Shown here in pieces: positions 60,501 through 64,000 of a stretch of 64,000 nucleotides of DNA (position 1 is the stretch's first letter; the number at the start of each line of letters is the position of its first letter). The DNA lies in assembly GCA_964542785.1 (NCBI GenBank), contig CAZIUK010000002.1:49927-113926 (forward strand), in the 5' to 3' direction. Under the pieces are notes generated by a model. That model made no database searches. It was not told the origin of the DNA and saw only the letters and a program-made list of their open reading frames with translations. Both the position numbers and the translations under genes were made by a program. This DNA is from an uncultured Planctomycetales bacterium. Lineage in GTDB: Bacteria; Omnitrophota; Gorgyraeia; Gygaellales; Profunditerraquicolaceae.

Positions 60501-60769
60501 ATAGATGTCCCTTCAGAAGAAGTGGAGGTTATCTTTTCTAATCCCGGGGTTGTCCCGAGTTGATTCTCTAACTCCTCTGTTACCTTTATCTCTACATCCG
60601 CGGGACTTGCCCCAGGATAGCTAGAAACTACACTTATAGAGGGAGGCTCAATTTCAGGCATCATATCAACGCCCAAACGACTTAAAGAATAAACGGCAAG
60701 AATAACCATCGCTAGAAAAATCATTAAGTTCGTAATCGGCTTTTTAACTCCGAATTGCGGCAAACTCAT
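57593..60769 (-). CDS. RND-family efflux transporter permease (AcrB/CzcA superfamily)
   Basis: It is 1058 aa with 12 TM segments and two large periplasmic loops. The AcrB-type N-terminus (KPITNLMIFLAMVILAVYSL) and conserved TM4 acidic/TM10 regions are present. Confidence 0.85.
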   Translation of the reverse strand: MSLPQFGVKKPITNLMIFLAMVILAVYSLSRLGVDMMPEIEPPSISVVSSYPGASPADVEIKVTEELENQLGTTPGLEKITSTSSEGTSIIRLKFIWGTNLDEASNDIRDRIDRAKRFLPDIPEEMDNPMIFKFNTANIPIIYIGVTADQSYPDLYDIVDKRIGDVLKQIPGVGTVQIQGGGLERQINIWIDRQRLESYGFSILDIKNKLKYENITQPVGNLKTGLTDYLIRLPGEFAKPEEINLLILGKRNNRLIYLKDVARVEDSFKEETGYVRINKKRGIMLMVQKQTGTNTVEVAGRVKDKLKEVEKVLPADVKLNIIFDTSQNIIESLDSLKSSVWVGIVLVILVVWFFLRAFTPSLIIALTLPFSLLAAFIYLFLSKGTINVISLSSLAIATGMIVDNAIVVVDNVYRKIERGNRPSEAAIFGTSELFLAIGASTLTTLVVFLPMLFIPGVIGIMFGVLAMVVSVTLIASLFTSLTFTPMLCSKFLRIKERKAGFLSKLYQVSEKWFVNWENLYGKTLGFCLNHKKLILIGFIGAFIFSLMLLPLVGSEFVPEEDSGDIRLTVYLPIGTRVEETDKVARRIEEILEVDIPEAKFYYSRSGTMTGVGRLMGGASGTHIISAGARLIPKEERKRSSKEIGQIVREKIKVIPGVLKTDITTGSPLGKMIAGTGGKRVQLDIVGYSFEETDALAEKIRLILEKIPGAVDVSVSREANRPELRIDVDREKASSLGLDMHTVSETLKAYIQGATATKYREKGKTYDIYVRLEESSRSKLEDLDNLFIIPPLPEENVPFARVEAATYNVKNNLRKLVRLSNVAKIYETSGPETIERQNRERVVSVECNTYMRSPGKIVEDLKKELSKIVIPPDIIVSFGGEVEEQQKAFKDLTLLLILGIVLVYMVMAGQFESLLDPFIVMFSIPFTFVGVILGFVLTRTYLSINTFLGIVMLMGIVVNNAIVLISYINILRARGFSMYEAVTSAGKDRLRPVLMTTITTLVGLLPLALSRGSGSETWQPLGITMISGLSVSTFVTMLLVPTLYAVFHRKKAFRKEGVS

Positions 60770-61644
60770 AACTCTTCTACCTCAACTTCTACTAAAGCTC
60801 CCTCAAAGAGCTTCTGCTGCCCCATAATAACAACTATATCCCCCTTACTAACTCCGCTGTTTACTTCATAATAAAATCCATCCTTTATCCCTAAAGATAC
60901 CTGCCTAAGCTTGGCTTTATTACCCTCAACTACAAAAAGATAAGAGTTAGAATCCCTACCCATTATCGCCTCTTTAATTACCGCCGGAACAGACTGCCTT
61001 TTATCTAAAATAATACTTGCCCGGGCAAACATTCCTGACCTTAATTTTCTATCAGAGTTATCCGCGGTTATCTCTATGGGAGAAGAACGCGTCGCTAAAT
61101 TTATCACTGGGCTAATTTTAGACACTACCCCTAAAAATTCTTCATCCGGCCAAGCATCCACCCTAAAGCGCGCCTCTTGGCCTAAAAACAATTTAGGCAA
61201 ATATTTCTCCGGTATATCTAAAATAATTTTTACCCTACTGTCATTTACTACAAAGGCTACTGGGGTCTGCGCAGTTACATTCTCCCCTATATCTACAAGA
61301 AACCTCCCCACTACCCCATTTAGGGTACTTTCAACAGGAGCCTTCTTAAAATTAAGGCCTACCTCATCCCGGTCTATATAACATAGGTAATCTCCCTTGT
61401 TAACTATACTCCCATCTTCTTTAAGTTTCTCTATAATTTTACCACTTACCTTTGGATAAATATAAGCTTCATCTTCAGCTTTTATATCTCCTGCATATTC
61501 TAATATATAATTTAAATCTTTAAGCTCCACCTTCATAACCTTTACCGGGATAGTATCCTGCTCCTGGCTATTCTTTACCTTTGTCTGACATCCGGAAACA
61601 ATAAATAACGATAAAAATAATACTAAAGAAATTATACGCGCCAT
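60766..61644 (-). CDS. RND periplasmic adaptor (membrane fusion protein), lipoprotein
   Basis: The lipobox IVSGC is followed by a biotinyl-lipoyl-like hairpin (KVSGKIIEKL...YLCYID) and beta-barrel/MP domains. It overlaps the RND start by 4 nt. Confidence 0.75.
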   Translation of the reverse strand: MARIISLVLFLSLFIVSGCQTKVKNSQEQDTIPVKVMKVELKDLNYILEYAGDIKAEDEAYIYPKVSGKIIEKLKEDGSIVNKGDYLCYIDRDEVGLNFKKAPVESTLNGVVGRFLVDIGENVTAQTPVAFVVNDSRVKIILDIPEKYLPKLFLGQEARFRVDAWPDEEFLGVVSKISPVINLATRSSPIEITADNSDRKLRSGMFARASIILDKRQSVPAVIKEAIMGRDSNSYLFVVEGNKAKLRQVSLGIKDGFYYEVNSGVSKGDIVVIMGQQKLFEGALVEVEVEEL

Positions 61645-62924
61645 TACAATCCTCCTGTTGCCTTATCAAATTTCGCTTTAGCTAATATATAGTCGTAAGA
61701 GGCCTGCTTGTAATTAAACATAGCCACAGCATACTTAACCTCCGCGTCGCTCTTATCAAGCAGGCTTAACTGACCTTTATCATATTTTTCAGTAGATACC
61801 TTTAGGTTATCTGTGTACACCTTAATCTCTGTTTGGTTAGATTTAATCTTGGCTATTGCATCTTTAAGGCCAAGATAAGCGTCTTTAAGCTCTAAGATAA
61901 TATCTTTTATAACTTTATCTTTTAATAGCTGTGTTTTTTTCAATTCAAATACCGCCCCTTCTACCTTAGCCTTTGCCTTCCAGCCGTCAAATACCGGCCA
62001 AGAAACATTAACTCCGATAACATTATGATCATTCCAACCTCGGGTATTAGCTAAAGCCGTAGCTGTATGCGAACGGCTATAGTAATCCCATGAGGCATAA
62101 ATATCAGGCCTACCAGATGCCTTGGCTATCTCGATTGCGCTCTTGTCTGCCTGCAACTGGGCAGCATACTGCTTAATCTCAGGCCTTTCTTCAAGCGCCT
62201 TTAGTAAGCCTAAATCTAAGGCAACCTCGGCTTCTTCATAGCCTATATCCCCCAAAGCCGATATGTCAACATCTTGCTCTAAATATAAAAGATTGATCAA
62301 CGATTCTTTGGCTGAAATTACCTGATTTAAGGAAGATACATATACCTCCTCTAAATTACTCAAAGAAGATTGAGCTTGTAATACCGCTGATTCAGAAATC
62401 TCACCGAATTTTTGCCTCTCAAGTTGATATTGAAAATGCTCCTGCCCGTTTTCTAACAATAGTTTATTAAGATTTACAAATTCTTGTGCAAGGATTAAAG
62501 TATAAAAAGTATCCTTTATTTTTAAAGCGGTCTCTATCTTCTCTTTGTCTAATAAGGCCTTGGCAATTTCAAAATTATAGCCGTTAAATTTTATGGTATT
62601 GAATATTCTCCCGCCCGCATAAAGATACTGCCTTAAACTAACCTGAGTATTGGATTGGCTTAAATCTTTGGAATAATAATTTCTCGTGCGCGCCCAGCCT
62701 CCAGATAAAGTAAAAAGAGGAAAAAGGTCTGTATGGCTTTCAGCAATCTTTACCTTAGCTCTCTTTACATCCTCCTCTTTTAACAGTATGCCCCTATTAT
62801 CCCTCAAGCCCACAAGCATAGCCTCTTCCAAAGTAAAAGAAACGCCTTCTGCTAAAGCAAAAAAATAAGGCCAAATAATAAATAAAAAAGCCACTCCCCC
62901 TAATCTTAAATATCCCCTGAACAT
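61644..62924 (-). CDS. TolC-family outer-membrane efflux channel
   Basis: A signal peptide is followed by two-fold internal repeat architecture with long coiled-coil segments; the length is 426 aa. Confidence 0.7.
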   Translation of the reverse strand: MFRGYLRLGGVAFLFIIWPYFFALAEGVSFTLEEAMLVGLRDNRGILLKEEDVKRAKVKIAESHTDLFPLFTLSGGWARTRNYYSKDLSQSNTQVSLRQYLYAGGRIFNTIKFNGYNFEIAKALLDKEKIETALKIKDTFYTLILAQEFVNLNKLLLENGQEHFQYQLERQKFGEISESAVLQAQSSLSNLEEVYVSSLNQVISAKESLINLLYLEQDVDISALGDIGYEEAEVALDLGLLKALEERPEIKQYAAQLQADKSAIEIAKASGRPDIYASWDYYSRSHTATALANTRGWNDHNVIGVNVSWPVFDGWKAKAKVEGAVFELKKTQLLKDKVIKDIILELKDAYLGLKDAIAKIKSNQTEIKVYTDNLKVSTEKYDKGQLSLLDKSDAEVKYAVAMFNYKQASYDYILAKAKFDKATGGL

Positions 62925-63355
62925 AATATATCTCTTATATGCGTAAGAATCCTAAGATAATTCTCCCTATCACTTTTAGAAATTCGCTGAAATATCTTTA
63001 TCGTTAAATTACGTTTTTCTTCTTTTATTCTTCTTAATAAAGAAGAACCCTTAGGAGTAATCAATATTTTTATAATACGCCTGTCTTGTTTATCATAGTC
63101 CCTCAAGACATACCCAGATTTAACCAGCCTATCTACTATGCCCGTAGCAGCAGGCGTAGTTATCTTCATAAAAGTAGCGATATCTTTCATTTTAATTTTA
63201 TCTTTGGAACTTAGAAAATCAAGGATTAAAATCTGGGGGAGAGTTATCTTTCCTTTATAAATCTCATCCGGCTGTAGCCGCGAAAACTCCCTTATAAGCA
63301 TCGGCATAACTTGATTAAGCTTATCGGCAAAATCCGATAAAGAACTAAAAGGCAT
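62906..63355 (-). CDS. MarR-family transcriptional regulator
   Basis: It has a winged helix with TLPQILILDFL...MKDIATFMKITTPAATGIVDRLVKSGYVLRDYDKQDRRI. It is the first gene of the efflux operon. Confidence 0.75.
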   Translation of the reverse strand: MPFSSLSDFADKLNQVMPMLIREFSRLQPDEIYKGKITLPQILILDFLSSKDKIKMKDIATFMKITTPAATGIVDRLVKSGYVLRDYDKQDRRIIKILITPKGSSLLRRIKEEKRNLTIKIFQRISKSDRENYLRILTHIRDILCSGDI

Positions 63356-63457
63356 TATAAATCTCCTTCATAATTAACTTACATAATTATTAACTATGTT
63401 AACAATATACCACAAAATTATCCTCCTGTCAAGTAAAGGTTCTTAAGGAAAAGCAAG

Positions 63458-63970
63458 CTAAAAATCTTTAATTAATTCGGAAAGGAAATTAGACTCTGCC
63501 TCAAGCATTCTAAAATTGTGCTTGATTATCCTGGAAGATGGACTACGGCCTTCTATTCTACCACGGAACATCTTGACCATCCCCGAAGATACCTTATTTA
63601 AAATATGTAGCCTAGCCAGCAGTCTTCTGCGCGCAGAGGCCGGATTTAAATAATCCAAAAAATACAAACTTAAATCCAAGCTAAATTGGGGGCGCTTAAG
63701 CTCTAAAATACTTTTATTTAATAATTCCTCAAATCTCTTTTTACCTTTATAAGTCAAAGCATAAACTATCCTTTTAGGACGATTACCTACTTTACGTATC
63801 TTCTTGCCTATCAATCTTTTTTGTTCCAGGATTCTTAAAGGATAATAAATAGACTTGAGATGAACACCAGCTAAAAGAGAAAGAATCTCTTTAACTTGGA
63901 CTTTTATCTCATATCCATGTTTTGGTCCTTGCCTTAATAAACCTAATAATAAAAGCTCCTGTTCAATCAT
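63458..63970 (-). CDS. PadR-family transcriptional regulator
   Basis: LLLGLLRQGPKHGYEIKVQVKE...IYYPLRILEQKRLI is the PadR winged-helix signature. Confidence 0.7.
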   Translation of the reverse strand: MIEQELLLLGLLRQGPKHGYEIKVQVKEILSLLAGVHLKSIYYPLRILEQKRLIGKKIRKVGNRPKRIVYALTYKGKKRFEELLNKSILELKRPQFSLDLSLYFLDYLNPASARRRLLARLHILNKVSSGMVKMFRGRIEGRSPSSRIIKHNFRMLEAESNFLSELIKDF

Positions 63971-64000
63971 CCGGTAATCCCCATATTACGAAATTTTTTA

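Overview
This is an AT-rich, very gene-dense window of bacterial chromosome, probably from an uncultured diderm. That guess rests on LptE/BamD/Lnt/LpxL/TolC/MurJ homologs plus ComEA/ComEC and PilT. Nearly all genes lie on the minus strand and many neighbours overlap by 1-8 nt (ATGA-type coupling). No transposase, integrase, prophage or CRISPR signal is visible.

Housekeeping content:
- secA, and prfB with its classic programmed +1 frameshift (CUU UGA C), which the ORF track splits.
- leuS, nfo, rpsT (with terminator), holA, murJ, a short uvrC coupled to an MGMT gene, lnt, a CDF transporter and bioY.
- A divergent tRNA-Ala(GGC)/tRNA-Leu(CAA) pair.
- A ~1480-aa secreted or membrane giant protein carrying five near-identical 114-nt tandem repeats that encode HEAT/PBS-lyase-like repeats.

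The most unusual region is the second half, about 36.4-57.2 kb, one co-directional gene string. It is fronted by a sigma70-like promoter and a 26-bp perfect palindrome, and contains:
- a small PCP_red-like protein and a ketopantoate-reductase-like oxidoreductase;
- a tandemly duplicated Cys/His-domain protein;
- an active ketosynthase translationally coupled to a ketosynthase paralog that has lost all three catalytic residues (a chain-length-factor-like partner);
- a B12-binding radical SAM enzyme, an acyl carrier protein, a PF04199-type cyclase, an SRPBCC cyclase/aromatase-like protein, an MFS exporter and an SDR reductase.
Taken together this is a compact type II PKS-like or aryl-polyene-like biosynthetic cluster in a non-actinobacterial, AT-rich genome. 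The combination appears undescribed.

Flanking context:
- Downstream sits a nucleoside phosphorylase / MtnA / class II aldolase (fused to an SCP2 domain) / aldehyde dehydrogenase block. This resembles the DHAP-shunt salvage route for 5'-deoxyadenosine and MTA, the by-products of radical SAM enzymes.
- Lipid-handling genes (PlsC, AMP-ligase, AsmA-like) follow.
- Upstream sits a MarR-TolC-MFP-RND-PII-like efflux operon.
- At the far 5' end, a second operon combines an AmmeMemoRadiSam-type radical SAM enzyme with a HAD phosphatase, a class III aminotransferase, an arginase-fold protein and a ThiI-like PP-loop ATPase. Its function is not obvious.

All functional calls come from motif-level reading of the supplied translations. 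No database search was possible.
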